A DNA stretch of 64,000 nt, from the NCBI GenBank assembly GCA_041650615.1, contig JBAZKU010000001.1:185216-249215 (forward strand), written 5' to 3'. This document shows, one piece after another, positions 28,153 through 36,227 of the stretch (positions are counted from its first letter, which is position 1; each line of letters starts with the position of its first letter). The stretch comes from Minisyncoccota bacterium (GTDB taxonomy: Bacteria > Patescibacteriota > Minisyncoccia > Phycocordibacterales > UBA9973). The notes beneath the pieces were generated by a model, which searched no databases, was not told the DNA's origin, and saw only the letters and a list, made by a program, of their open reading frames with translations. Position numbers and translations under genes: made by a program.

Positions 28153-28299
28153 CGAGTACGCTTTCGGTCACAAATAATTTTCTGCTGAAAATTTTCGCGA
28201 CCCCGCCTCGGATTCGACAATCCTGCGGCTTTCGATTCTCTCCGTAAGGAGATCACTGGCGATCAAAAATAATTAGCAAAAGCTAAATATTTTAGCTCG

Positions 28300-28373
28300 T
28301 GTGACCCTACCGGGAATCGAACCCGAATTACCGGCTTGAAAAGCCGATGTCCTAACCGTTAGACGATAGGGCC
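28300..28373 (-). tRNA. tRNA-Glu (anticodon TTC)
   Basis: Reverse complement GGCCCTATCGTCTAACGGTTAGGACATCGGCTTTTCAAGCCGGTAATTCGGGTTCGATTCCCGGTAGGGTCACA. Confidence 0.85.
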
Positions 28374-28410
28374 AAAGAAAACTTATGAAAACAACAAATT
28401 GCAATCTCTT

Positions 28411-28467
28411 TCGGCTTTTCAAAAAGCCGATGTCTGCTATATTCTAACTTGGTTAGACGATAGGGCC
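28411..28467 (-). pseudogene. degenerate 5' half of a tRNA-Glu-like gene upstream of the intact tRNA-Glu
   Basis: Minus strand GGCCCTATCGTCTAACCAAGTTAGAAT..ATCGGCTTTTTGAAAAGCCGA. Acceptor and D-arm are conserved; the anticodon region is replaced by a 9-bp hairpin; no T-arm. Confidence 0.55.
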
Positions 28468-28528
28468 ATTGCATCTCATAATATATTATTTTTGAAAAAA
28501 TCGCAAAAAATGTTAGATTACAAGGGAT

Positions 28529-28613
28529 GGAGATGTGGCAGAGTGGTTGAATGCACCGGTTTCGAAAACCGGCATACCGAAAGGTATCGGAGGTTCGAAT
28601 CCTCCCATCTCCG
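28529..28613 (+). tRNA. tRNA-Ser (anticodon CGA)
   Basis: GGAGATGTGGCAGAGTGGTTGAATGCACCGGTTTCGAAAACCGG with a long variable arm (CATACCGAAAGGTATCG) and T-arm GGAGGTTCGAATCCTCC. Confidence 0.85.
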
Positions 28614-28619
28614 CAGAAA

Positions 28620-29372
28620 TTATTCTTTATCTTTAGATTCTTTTTCTATTTCTTCTAAGAGTTTGTCAGCCTCCGATAATTTCCAGCTCCAAAGACGAGT
28701 ATTTAGTTCGGCATCCATCCCCTTTCTGTAAACATATAATCTTCTCTTAAGTGTGTCAAAATATATATCTGTTCTATCGTCAAAAATTAAATGATCTCTT
28801 GGTCCCATAAGAATAATTGGGTCCAATCCCTTAAATTCAGAAAAGGATTCTCGAAGAAAATTTATAGTGTTTTTATATGCGCGCAACGTGCCAAAAACTC
28901 CCCTATCTCTATCTTTTTTATCAACGAACCCGCCAAATATTACAATATCTGTTGTTTTTTCTTTTGAGGATTCTATAAGTCTAGAAGTGCGTCTTTGAAG
29001 TTCTTTTAAGATTCTTTCGGGATCATAAATACTTGTATTCCTTTCCTTGAAATATTCCGTACCGGAAAGATGGGCAAGGAAGGAATTGGGTTTGCCACTT
29101 AATCGTGATTCGCCACATGCCACAATGCCAATGCAATCATAAAAATTAAATGAATACTTTGACCTTTCGTTTATATTGCTAATAATCCCGTCTTCATCTC
29201 CTTTACGGCTAACAAAGGTAACTTGTTGTCCTTCTTTTACAATTTCTTTAATAGCTTTTGCACTTGCGCCATTTTCCCAGTTCTCATCCAATAAACATGT
29301 TTGAATGTAGTTTTTGGAGGGATTTTCGGCTTCTTTTTTATTTTTAAATTCTAATTTATTTTCTGAAAACAT
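28620..29372 (-). CDS. hypothetical protein (250 aa), no recognisable domain
   Basis: Long ORF with coding-like composition and a conserved-looking core ([24 protein letters not shown]). Function unknown. Confidence 0.5.
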   Translation of the reverse strand: MFSENKLEFKNKKEAENPSKNYIQTCLLDENWENGASAKAIKEIVKEGQQVTFVSRKGDEDGIISNINERSKYSFNFYDCIGIVACGESRLSGKPNSFLAHLSGTEYFKERNTSIYDPERILKELQRRTSRLIESSKEKTTDIVIFGGFVDKKDRDRGVFGTLRAYKNTINFLRESFSEFKGLDPIILMGPRDHLIFDDRTDIYFDTLKRRLYVYRKGMDAELNTRLWSWKLSEADKLLEEIEKESKDKE

Positions 29373-29478
29373 AATTATTTATATTATACCATTTTAAAAC
29401 AATAAGGGTTGAATCTTTTCTAGATTATTTTACTTCCCCTAGCTTTCTTTGCTTATTAGGTTTATACTATAAAAGTAT

Positions 29479-29496
29479 ACTAAACACGTGTTTAGT
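29479..29496. promoter_or_regulatory. 18-bp perfect palindrome ACTAAACACGTGTTTAGT, candidate operator in a divergent promoter region
   Basis: Just upstream of a TTGATA -35-like hexamer, between the divergent hypothetical gene and the small Cys/PT-repeat ORF. Confidence 0.4.
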
Positions 29497-29542
29497 CGGC
29501 GCGTCTGTTGATACAATTATCATTTAATTAATTTTAAAATGT

Positions 29543-29692
29543 ATGAGTGAAGAAAAATGCCCTGTTTGTGGGAATAACCCTTGCACTTGTCCACCAGCTC
29601 CAGAAACCCCTGTTCAACCAACTCCAGAAACCCCTACCCAACCAACTCCAGAAACCCCTACCCAACCAACTCCAGAAACCCCTATTCAATAG
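29543..29692 (+). CDS. small Cys-rich peptide (49 aa) with four tandem PTPETP(T/V/I)Q repeats
   Basis: Sequence MSEEKCPVCGNNPCTCPPAPETPVQ(PTPETPTQ)x2PTPETPIQ. The DNA carries 4x24-nt tandem repeats at 29594..29689. A clean terminator follows. All three frames are open because of the repeat; this frame has the ATG and the CxxC..CxC motif. Confidence 0.45.
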   Translation: MSEEKCPVCGNNPCTCPPAPETPVQPTPETPTQPTPETPTQPTPETPIQ

Positions 29693-29704
29693 AAAGAAAA
29701 ATAA

Positions 29705-29731
29705 AACAGCCCCTTCAACGGGGCTGTTTTA
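29705..29731 (+). terminator. intrinsic terminator
   Basis: cagcccc-ttcaa-cggggctg followed by TTTT. Confidence 0.8.
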
Positions 29732-29794
29732 TTGAAAATAGAATTTCAGGCAAAAATCTTGCGATAAATATTAAAAAAAGCTAATCTATTATAA

Positions 29795-30544
29795 ATGGAA
29801 AACACACAAATAATAATATTAGCCGGAGGAAAAGGGGTTCGCATGAAATCTGATGAACCGAAGGCACTTGTAATGCTCAAAAATAAACCGCTTATAAAGC
29901 ACATTCTTGATACCATTTCCAGTTTGCACTTATCAATCCGACCAATTATCGTAATAGGCCATATGAAAGAGCGCATGAGGGAAGTGTTGGGAAATGACCA
30001 TTTATATGCAGTACAAGATAAACCATTGGGAACCGGACATGCTGTCGCATCAGCTAAGGATAGTGTTCATCCGAACCATAAAACAGTATTGGTGCTATCT
30101 TCAGACCAACCCCTCATTTCAAAAGAAACTATTGAGCGTTTATTAAAAAAACACAACGAAAAAAAGCCGACTATAACCATAGCCACAGTGCTTGTCCCGG
30201 ACTTTGAGGAGTGGAGGTCTGCTTTGAGACATTTTGGTAGGATAATACGTGGAAATGACGGATCAGTGGAAGGTATTATTGAATTCAAAGACGCCACAGA
30301 AAAAGAAAAACTCATAAAAGAACTTAACCCGGCTGTGTATGCCTTTGATTCAGATTGGCTTTGGAAGAATATCAATTTAATAAAAAATGAAAATATGCAA
30401 GGTGAATATTATTTGACCGACCTTATAAAAATGGCTCGTAATCAAAATAAAAAAATTGAAGCAGTGCCAGTGGCAAACCTTATTGAAGGGCTTCAGCCCA
30501 ATACCAGAGAAGAACTTGAAATATTGGAGAAATTAAATACATAA
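29795..30544 (+). CDS. sugar-phosphate nucleotidyltransferase (GlmU N-terminal-like)
   Basis: ILAGGKGVRMKS..KAL NTP-transferase signature; no acetyltransferase domain. Confidence 0.75.
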   Translation: MENTQIIILAGGKGVRMKSDEPKALVMLKNKPLIKHILDTISSLHLSIRPIIVIGHMKERMREVLGNDHLYAVQDKPLGTGHAVASAKDSVHPNHKTVLVLSSDQPLISKETIERLLKKHNEKKPTITIATVLVPDFEEWRSALRHFGRIIRGNDGSVEGIIEFKDATEKEKLIKELNPAVYAFDSDWLWKNINLIKNENMQGEYYLTDLIKMARNQNKKIEAVPVANLIEGLQPNTREELEILEKLNT

Positions 30545-30549
30545 ATTAT

Positions 30550-30577
30550 GCGCGGTTAGCTCAGTTGTAGCGACGCC
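30550..30577 (+). pseudogene. truncated 5' copy (28 nt) of tRNA-Val, 46 nt upstream of the intact gene
   Basis: gcgcggttagctcagttgtagcgacgcc versus gcgcggttagctcagttggtagagcgaccc. A TATAAT-like box lies between the copy and the gene. Confidence 0.65.
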
Positions 30578-30622
30578 TGAAATACGTAGTAAATATAATT
30601 TGTATGATATCATAAAATCAAT

Positions 30623-30695
30623 GCGCGGTTAGCTCAGTTGGTAGAGCGACCCCTTGACGTGGGGTAGGCCACAGGTTCAAGTCCTGTATCGCGCA
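30623..30695 (+). tRNA. tRNA-Val (anticodon GAC)
   Basis: GCGCGGTTAGCTCAGTTGGTAGAGCGACCCCTTGACGTGGGGTAGGCCACAGGTTCAAGTCCTGTATCGCGCA. The tsaD ATG starts 2 nt after the tRNA 3' end. Confidence 0.9.
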
Positions 30696-30696
30696 C

Positions 30697-31842
30697 ATGA
30701 AAATCTTAAGCATTGAAACATCCTGCGATGACACAGGAATAACTTTGATGGAGGCAAAAGGAAGAGTAAATAATGCTTCTTTTAAAATCTTGGATAATGT
30801 CTCAAATTCGCAAATAAAAATCCATGCGGAATATGGCGGAGTATATCCGATGCTTGCAAAACGAGAACATATAAAAAATTTACCGATACTTTTAGAACAA
30901 GTACTTAAAAAGACTAAGCTTGATAAAAAGAAAAAGCCAGTGGATTTAATAGCTGTAACTTATGGACCGGGATTAGAACCAGCACTTTGGACAGGAATAG
31001 TTTTCGCCAAAGAACTGGCAAAAAAGTGGAATATACCGCTTATACCAGTGAATCATATGGAAGGACATATCCTATCGGCATTTGGAAAACACAAAGGAAA
31101 CTTTAAAATCCCCAAAATGGATTTTCCGGTACTATCTCTCCTTGTTTCCGGCGGACACACGGAACTTGTGCTCATAAAAAAATGGATGCAATATAAAATT
31201 ATCGGCGAAACATTGGATGATGCAGCCGGAGAAGCTTTTGATAAGGTAGCTAGGATGATGGGTTTCCCCTATCCCGGCGGACCAAAAATTTCAGAGTTGG
31301 CAGAAAAAGGGAGGGAGAAAATAGTTTTTAAAGGGACTCCGCAGGGCGACGGCCCGAGGACCGAGCAAATTTTTCAGCAGAGAAATTGCGACCCTTTAAA
31401 AATTGATTTTCTTCCTCCCTTTCTCCCCCGCCCGATGATTTACAGTAAAAATTTTGATTTTTCTTTTTCGGGACTGAAAACCGCCGTGCTTTATTTAATT
31501 AAAAAAATCGAGAAATTGAACGAGGAAACCAAAGAAAAAATCGCTTTGGAATTTGAAAATGCAGTAGTAGAAACTCTTGTCTATAAAACAATAAAGGCAA
31601 AAGAAAAATACAAGGTAAAAACTATCATTGTGGCCGGCGGGGTTTCTTGCAATAAGCACTTGCAAAAACAAATGAAAAAAACTATTGGCAAAGATATTGA
31701 ACTTTTTTTCCCGGAAAAAGAACTAACGGGAGATAATTCAATAATGGTAGGCATAGCCGGATATTTGAATTATCAAAAAAATAAAAATAAAATTCTTAAA
31801 ATAGACGTTATAAAGGCAAAAGGTAATTTACGCTTTAAATAG
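30697..31842 (+). CDS. tsaD: tRNA N6-adenosine threonylcarbamoyltransferase TsaD, with a ~31-aa in-frame insertion
   Basis: MKILSIETSCDDT.. and HMEGH metal motif. The insertion KGTPQGDGPRTEQIFQQRNCDPLKIDFLPPF lies before the conserved LPRPM..DFSFSGLKT. Confidence 0.85.
   Translation: MKILSIETSCDDTGITLMEAKGRVNNASFKILDNVSNSQIKIHAEYGGVYPMLAKREHIKNLPILLEQVLKKTKLDKKKKPVDLIAVTYGPGLEPALWTGIVFAKELAKKWNIPLIPVNHMEGHILSAFGKHKGNFKIPKMDFPVLSLLVSGGHTELVLIKKWMQYKIIGETLDDAAGEAFDKVARMMGFPYPGGPKISELAEKGREKIVFKGTPQGDGPRTEQIFQQRNCDPLKIDFLPPFLPRPMIYSKNFDFSFSGLKTAVLYLIKKIEKLNEETKEKIALEFENAVVETLVYKTIKAKEKYKVKTIIVAGGVSCNKHLQKQMKKTIGKDIELFFPEKELTGDNSIMVGIAGYLNYQKNKNKILKIDVIKAKGNLRFK
31326..31422. repeat. GC-rich insertion in tsaD, related to the gactccgagggcg core family, with flanking ttttaaaggg/ccctttaaaa inverted repeat
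   Basis: ggactccgcagggcgacggcccgagg resembles the cores at 9513..9559 and 54223..54273. Followed by a pyrimidine tract. Confidence 0.5.
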
Positions 31843-31868
31843 CCAATATTCTATGATATTATTTAAGG

Positions 31869-34022
31869 ATGGACGAAAGACTGTTAAAGCCCTACGACCC
31901 AAAAAAAACAGAAAGCAAGATTTACAAACTCTGGGAAAAGAGCGGTTTTTTTAGCCCTGATGTGTGTATGGAAAAAGGAATAGTCAAACCCGATGCGGAG
32001 TCTTTTTCCGTAGTTCTCCCTCCACCGAACGTGACAGGCTATCTTCATACCGGACATGCGCTCATGCTTGTAATAGAAGATATAATGATTCGCCATGCGC
32101 GAATGAAAGGACTTAAAACACTCTGGCTTCCGGGTACAGACCATGCCGCCATAGCTACACAATCAAAAGTTGAAAAATTACTGGAGAAAGAAGGCATTAG
32201 GAAGAATGATATTGGGCGGGAAAAATTTTTAAAACGGGTAGAAAAATATGCGCTAGATTCTCATGACACTATAGTGAATCAAGCAAAAATTATGGGCGCA
32301 TCTTTAGACTGGTCTCGCGAAGCATTCACGCTTGATGAAAAAAGAAATATTGCCGTTAAAACTGCTTTTAAGCGAATGTATGACGATGGCCTTATTTATC
32401 GCGGGAATCGCATGGTGAATTGGGATCCAAAAGGCCAAACAGTTATATCTGATGATGAAATTGTTTATGAAGAAAGAAAAAGCAAGTTTTATACTTTTAA
32501 ATACGGACCGTTTGAAATAAGCACAGCTCGACCTGAAACAAAATTTGGCGATAAGTACGTGGTAATGCATCCAGACGATAAGAAATATAAAGGTTGGAAA
32601 CATCTGCAGAAAATAAAATTGGAATGGATAAACGGCCCGATTGAGGCTACGGTTATAAAAGATGAAATGATTGATATGGAATTCGGAACCGGAGTGATGA
32701 CCATTACCCCTTGGCACTCGCATGAAGACTTTGCTTTAGCAGAAAAATATAAATTGGAAAAGGAACAAATTATTGATAAATACGGAAGGTTGCTTCCTAT
32801 CGCTGGTGAATTTGCCGGAATGAAGATTAGCGAAGCGCGTGAAAAAATCGTGGAAAAATTAAAAACAAAAGGATTGCTTGTCTCTATTGATGAAAATTAT
32901 GTAAATCGAGTAGCCACAGCCGAACGATCCGGAGGTATGATTGAACCGCAGATAATGCTTCAATGGTTTGTTGATGTAAATAAAAAAATTCCCTCCCGTG
33001 ACAATAAATCACTTAAGGAATTAATGCTTGAGCCGGTCCGAGAAGGCAAAATAAAAATTATTCCGAGTCATTTTGAGAAAGTTTATTTTAATTGGATTGA
33101 AAATCTGCGCGATTGGTGTATTTCAAGACAAATTTGGTATGGGCACCGAATCCCTGTTTGGTACCGTAAAGATGAAATATATTGCGGGATAGAAGAACCC
33201 GCCGAAAAAGACTGGGTTCAAGATGAAGATACATTGGATACCTGGTTTTCTTCAGGCCTTTGGACTTTTTCAACATTAGGCTGGCCGGAAAAAACAAAAG
33301 ACCTAGAAACATATCATCCGACAAGCGTACTTGAAACAGGCCACGATATTTTGTTTTTCTGGATTGCGCGAATGATTTTAATGTCGCAATATTTGCTCGG
33401 TGAAATACCTTTTAAGAATGTTTATCTGCATGGCATGGTCCGCGCGGCGGATGGCAAGAAAATGTCTAAATCACTCGGGGATAAAGCCATTGACCCATTG
33501 GATATTATTGAGAAATACGGCAATGACGCGCTTCGTCTGGCTATGATTATCGGCAATACTCCGGGCAATGATTTGAAATTAAATGAAAATGATATTCGCG
33601 GTTATAAAAAATTTGCCAATAAGATTTGGAACGCATCCAGATTTGTTTTTGAGCAAACAAAAGATCTTGATATATCAACCTTGCCCAGCTTGGACGAAGA
33701 AGACAAGGCAAGCGATAAAGAATTGCAAAATTTAGTGACCGAAATTTCAAAAGAAATGAATGAGTTCAGATTTTCTATCGTCGCCGAAAAACTTTATCAC
33801 TATTTTTGGCACACCTTTGCTGATATTGTTATTGAAAGGTCAAAAGCAAAAATATTAAAAAATCAAAATGCCTCTTCGGCCAAAGCGCTTCTTTTTACCC
33901 ACTTAAGAACGCTTCTGATAGTTCTTCATCCCTTTATGCCTTTCGTTACCGAAGAAATCTGGTCAATATTTCCTAATCATAAAAATCTTTTAATAGTAGA
34001 ATCTTGGCCAAAATACAAATAA
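31869..34022 (+). CDS. valS: valine--tRNA ligase (short form)
   Basis: PPPNVTGYLHTGHA (HIGH-type) and KMSKSLGN motifs. 717 aa. Confidence 0.85.
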   Translation: MDERLLKPYDPKKTESKIYKLWEKSGFFSPDVCMEKGIVKPDAESFSVVLPPPNVTGYLHTGHALMLVIEDIMIRHARMKGLKTLWLPGTDHAAIATQSKVEKLLEKEGIRKNDIGREKFLKRVEKYALDSHDTIVNQAKIMGASLDWSREAFTLDEKRNIAVKTAFKRMYDDGLIYRGNRMVNWDPKGQTVISDDEIVYEERKSKFYTFKYGPFEISTARPETKFGDKYVVMHPDDKKYKGWKHLQKIKLEWINGPIEATVIKDEMIDMEFGTGVMTITPWHSHEDFALAEKYKLEKEQIIDKYGRLLPIAGEFAGMKISEAREKIVEKLKTKGLLVSIDENYVNRVATAERSGGMIEPQIMLQWFVDVNKKIPSRDNKSLKELMLEPVREGKIKIIPSHFEKVYFNWIENLRDWCISRQIWYGHRIPVWYRKDEIYCGIEEPAEKDWVQDEDTLDTWFSSGLWTFSTLGWPEKTKDLETYHPTSVLETGHDILFFWIARMILMSQYLLGEIPFKNVYLHGMVRAADGKKMSKSLGDKAIDPLDIIEKYGNDALRLAMIIGNTPGNDLKLNENDIRGYKKFANKIWNASRFVFEQTKDLDISTLPSLDEEDKASDKELQNLVTEISKEMNEFRFSIVAEKLYHYFWHTFADIVIERSKAKILKNQNASSAKALLFTHLRTLLIVLHPFMPFVTEEIWSIFPNHKNLLIVESWPKYK

Positions 34023-34032
34023 TGACTACTGA

Positions 34033-34713
34033 CCCAAAAATTTTAGGTTAGCGCTTTTAGCAGGAGTTGTCCCCGCCCTTTTTTGGCTCTGGTTCTGGCT
34101 TAGAGAAGATAACCAAAAACCGGAACCGAGGGGGCTGATTGCTTCAATATTTTTTATTGGTATGGTTTGCGTTATTATTGTCATCCCGCTCCAAAAATTT
34201 ATCCAAAATAATGTAACTTCAAATGTGTGGCAAATCATTGGCTGGGCAAGCATAGAAGAATTGATAAAATATTTAGGCGTAGTAATTCTTCTTTATAAAA
34301 CAAACCGAGTTGATGAACCTATAGACTGGCCAATTTTCTTAATTACCGCTGCCTTAGGATTCGCAGCCCTTGAAAATACTTTGTATTTAACCAAGTCGTT
34401 TTCTCTAGATCAAGCTACAGCGGGTTTGCTCACTGGACAGCTCAGATATCTGGGATCTACCCTTCTGCATGCCGTATCATCCGGTATAATAGGAATTTCC
34501 TTGGGCCTTTCTTATTATATGGGGAAATATGTAAAGAGAATGTATCTTTTTATGGGTATTATATTGGCTATCGCCTTGCATAGTAGCTTTAATTTTTTTA
34601 TAATGGAGAATAGCGGAAGTAATTTTTTAGGAGTGTTAGGTTTCTTGTGGGTCGTTACAATTATTATTATGTTACTTTTTGAAAAATTAAGAAGAATGGG
34701 TCTAAGCAATTAA
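34033..34713 (+). CDS. PrsW-family intramembrane protease-like protein (N-terminal region conserved but lacking a canonical start codon in frame)
   Basis: EExxK (IEELIKY), H..xxH (LLHAVSSG) and HxxxN (LHSSFNF) motifs. The in-frame region 34033..34161 encodes LALLAGVVPALFWLWFWLREDNQKPEPRGL, homologous to the PrsW N-terminus. The first ATG in frame is at 34162. Confidence 0.55.
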   Translation, partial: PKNFRLALLAGVVPALFWLWFWLREDNQKPEPRGLIASIFFIGMVCVIIVIPLQKFIQNNVTSNVWQIIGWASIEELIKYLGVVILLYKTNRVDEPIDWPIFLITAALGFAALENTLYLTKSFSLDQATAGLLTGQLRYLGSTLLHAVSSGIIGISLGLSYYMGKYVKRMYLFMGIILAIALHSSFNFFIMENSGSNFLGVLGFLWVVTIIIMLLFEKLRRMGLSN

Positions 34714-34715
34714 TT

Positions 34716-35189
34716 ATGAATACACAAAATAAAAAAAGGAGTTTTTTTGATAGACTGACGGGAAGTATCCATGCCGAAGAAGAAGACGAGAATGTAAAAA
34801 ATATACAGATTAAAGGAGATAAGAAAAATGGCAATGGCTGGATGGAAGAGGAAAATGAAGAATTAGAGTTGACTGTGGATGTTTATCAAACACCGACAGA
34901 CATTATCCTGCAAACTATGGTTGCCGGCGTTAAACCGGAGGATTTGGAAATTACCATTGCTAGAGATATGATCACCATCAGAGGCAAAAGAGAAGAAAAT
35001 AGAAATGTGGATGAAGAAAATTATTTTATCAAGGAGCTTTATTGGGGAAAATTTTCTCGCTCCGTGCTTCTTCCCCAAGAAGTGGAACCGGAAGAAGTTG
35101 AAGCCACAGAAAGGCATGGTTTATTGACCATCAAAATACAAAAAGTAGATAAGGAAAAAAGAAATAGTATTAAAGTTAAATCTATTTAG
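34716..35189 (+). CDS. small heat-shock protein (Hsp20/alpha-crystallin)
   Basis: Alpha-crystallin domain (LTVDVYQTPTD..ITIARDMITIRGKRE..GLLTIKI). Confidence 0.85.
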   Translation: MNTQNKKRSFFDRLTGSIHAEEEDENVKNIQIKGDKKNGNGWMEEENEELELTVDVYQTPTDIILQTMVAGVKPEDLEITIARDMITIRGKREENRNVDEENYFIKELYWGKFSRSVLLPQEVEPEEVEATERHGLLTIKIQKVDKEKRNSIKVKSI

Positions 35190-35196
35190 AAAATTG

Positions 35197-35269
35197 TGCT
35201 TGGGGGCAGGATTGCACTGCCGACCCTTCCCTCTTCAGGGGAATGCTCTACTAACTGAGCTACCCAAGC
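35197..35269 (-). tRNA. tRNA-Phe (anticodon GAA)
   Basis: Reverse complement GCTTGGGTAGCTCAGTTAGTAGAGCATTCCCCTGAAGAGGGAAGGGTCGGCAGTGCAATCCTGCCCCCAAGCA. Confidence 0.8.
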
Positions 35270-35276
35270 ATTTGTT

Positions 35277-35579
35277 TTATAAATTTTTCAATAAATCTTG
35301 AAGCGGACTGTTGTTTATTTCTTTTTGTATTCCGGTAACAGAATTATACATATCCATTATTTTATTTAAATAGGGCTCCACATAATAAAAAGCCCCAAAG
35401 GCAATTCCCAGTATTAAAAGATATTTAAGTACTTGGTAAACAACTCCTCTTCTTTGAACACCTCTAATCTTGTGAAGCATTTTGTTATTTTCTTCGGCAA
35501 GCGCCAGTGTATTTTGAAGCAATTGCTTAGATTCTGGATCCATAAGCCATATTTTAGCATAGCTTTTTCTAAAAGCCAA
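35277..35579 (-). CDS. hypothetical small membrane protein (100 aa)
   Basis: One hydrophobic helix; no motif recognised. Confidence 0.4.
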   Translation of the reverse strand: MAFRKSYAKIWLMDPESKQLLQNTLALAEENNKMLHKIRGVQRRGVVYQVLKYLLILGIAFGAFYYVEPYLNKIMDMYNSVTGIQKEINNSPLQDLLKNL

Positions 35580-35627
35580 TTTTTAAATTTGTATTTTTTG
35601 TGTTAGATTATATAGGTTTACCGATAA

Positions 35628-35699
35628 GTCTTCGTAGTTAAATGGATATAACGACTCTGTCCTAAAGAGTAATTGCAGGTTCGATTCCTGCCGAGGACA
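35628..35699 (+). tRNA. tRNA-Arg (anticodon CCT)
   Basis: GTCTTCGTAGTTAAATGGATATAACGACTCTGTCCTAAAGAGTAATTGCAGGTTCGATTCCTGCCGAGGACA. Confidence 0.75.
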
Positions 35700-35701
35700 C
35701 C

Positions 35702-35938
35702 TTAAACAAGCCCAAGCGCTTTTACTATTACAGGCTTATCAAATCCTACGATAAGTTCATCCCCTATTATAATAACAGGCACACCCATTTGTCCGCTTTT
35801 TTCTACCATCTCTTTTCTTTTTTCAAGGTCGCTGGCTACATTGTATTCCGTATAAACCACTTTGTTCGCTTTAAAAAAATCTTTTGCCATTTGGCAAAAA
35901 TGACAGGACGGGGTTGAATAAATCGTTACATTTTTCAT
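35702..35938 (-). CDS. glutaredoxin-like protein (NrdH/Grx family)
   Basis: 78 aa, thioredoxin fold, active site TPSCHFC, GVPVIIIGDELI. Confidence 0.7.
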   Translation of the reverse strand: MKNVTIYSTPSCHFCQMAKDFFKANKVVYTEYNVASDLEKRKEMVEKSGQMGVPVIIIGDELIVGFDKPVIVKALGLV

Positions 35939-36005
35939 AATGTTTTAAAAAGGATTAATTATTAATTACTTATATTATATCATACCCATCAAGCGACACA
36001 AAACG

Positions 36006-36076
36006 TGCGGGATGGGGTAATCGAAACCCCGTCTAATCCTTGGGAAGGACTTATTCTGCCACTAAACTAATCCCGC
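36006..36076 (-). tRNA. tRNA-Gly (anticodon CCC)
   Basis: Reverse complement GCGGGATTAGTTTAGTGGCAGAATAAGTCCTTCCCAAGGATTAGACGGGGTTTCGATTACCCCATCCCGCA. Confidence 0.8.
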
Positions 36077-36227
36077 AATATCATAACTTTATCATATTTT
36101 TATTATATATAGAAAACATAATCTAGCTCTTGCTTTTTTATCTATTTTGTTGTAATCTATTATCCAGAAAACAAAGATTAACTTTGTTAATTGTACATTT
36201 AAAACCAATAATAAGGAGAAAAACGAT

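Noticed and set aside
28160-28260. Possible tmRNA or other structured RNA (GGATTCGAC-like motif, T-arm-like hairpin GGATTGTCGAATCC) between the tRNA-Glu 3' duplicate and tRNA-Glu
   Set aside because: No tRNA-like acceptor pairing, no tag-peptide reading frame ending in a tmRNA-style stop, and only a 4-nt loop in the T-arm-like hairpin. More likely degraded att/tRNA debris.
28399-28731. 110-aa ORF on the plus strand
   Set aside because: Entirely overlaps tRNA-Ser, the tRNA-Glu pseudo-copy and intergenic sequence, so it is not a gene.
29594-29689. 4x24-nt perfect tandem repeats, checked as a possible CRISPR array
   Set aside because: Units are contiguous with no spacers, and they lie in an open reading frame encoding PTPETPxQ repeats. 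This is a coding tandem repeat, not CRISPR.
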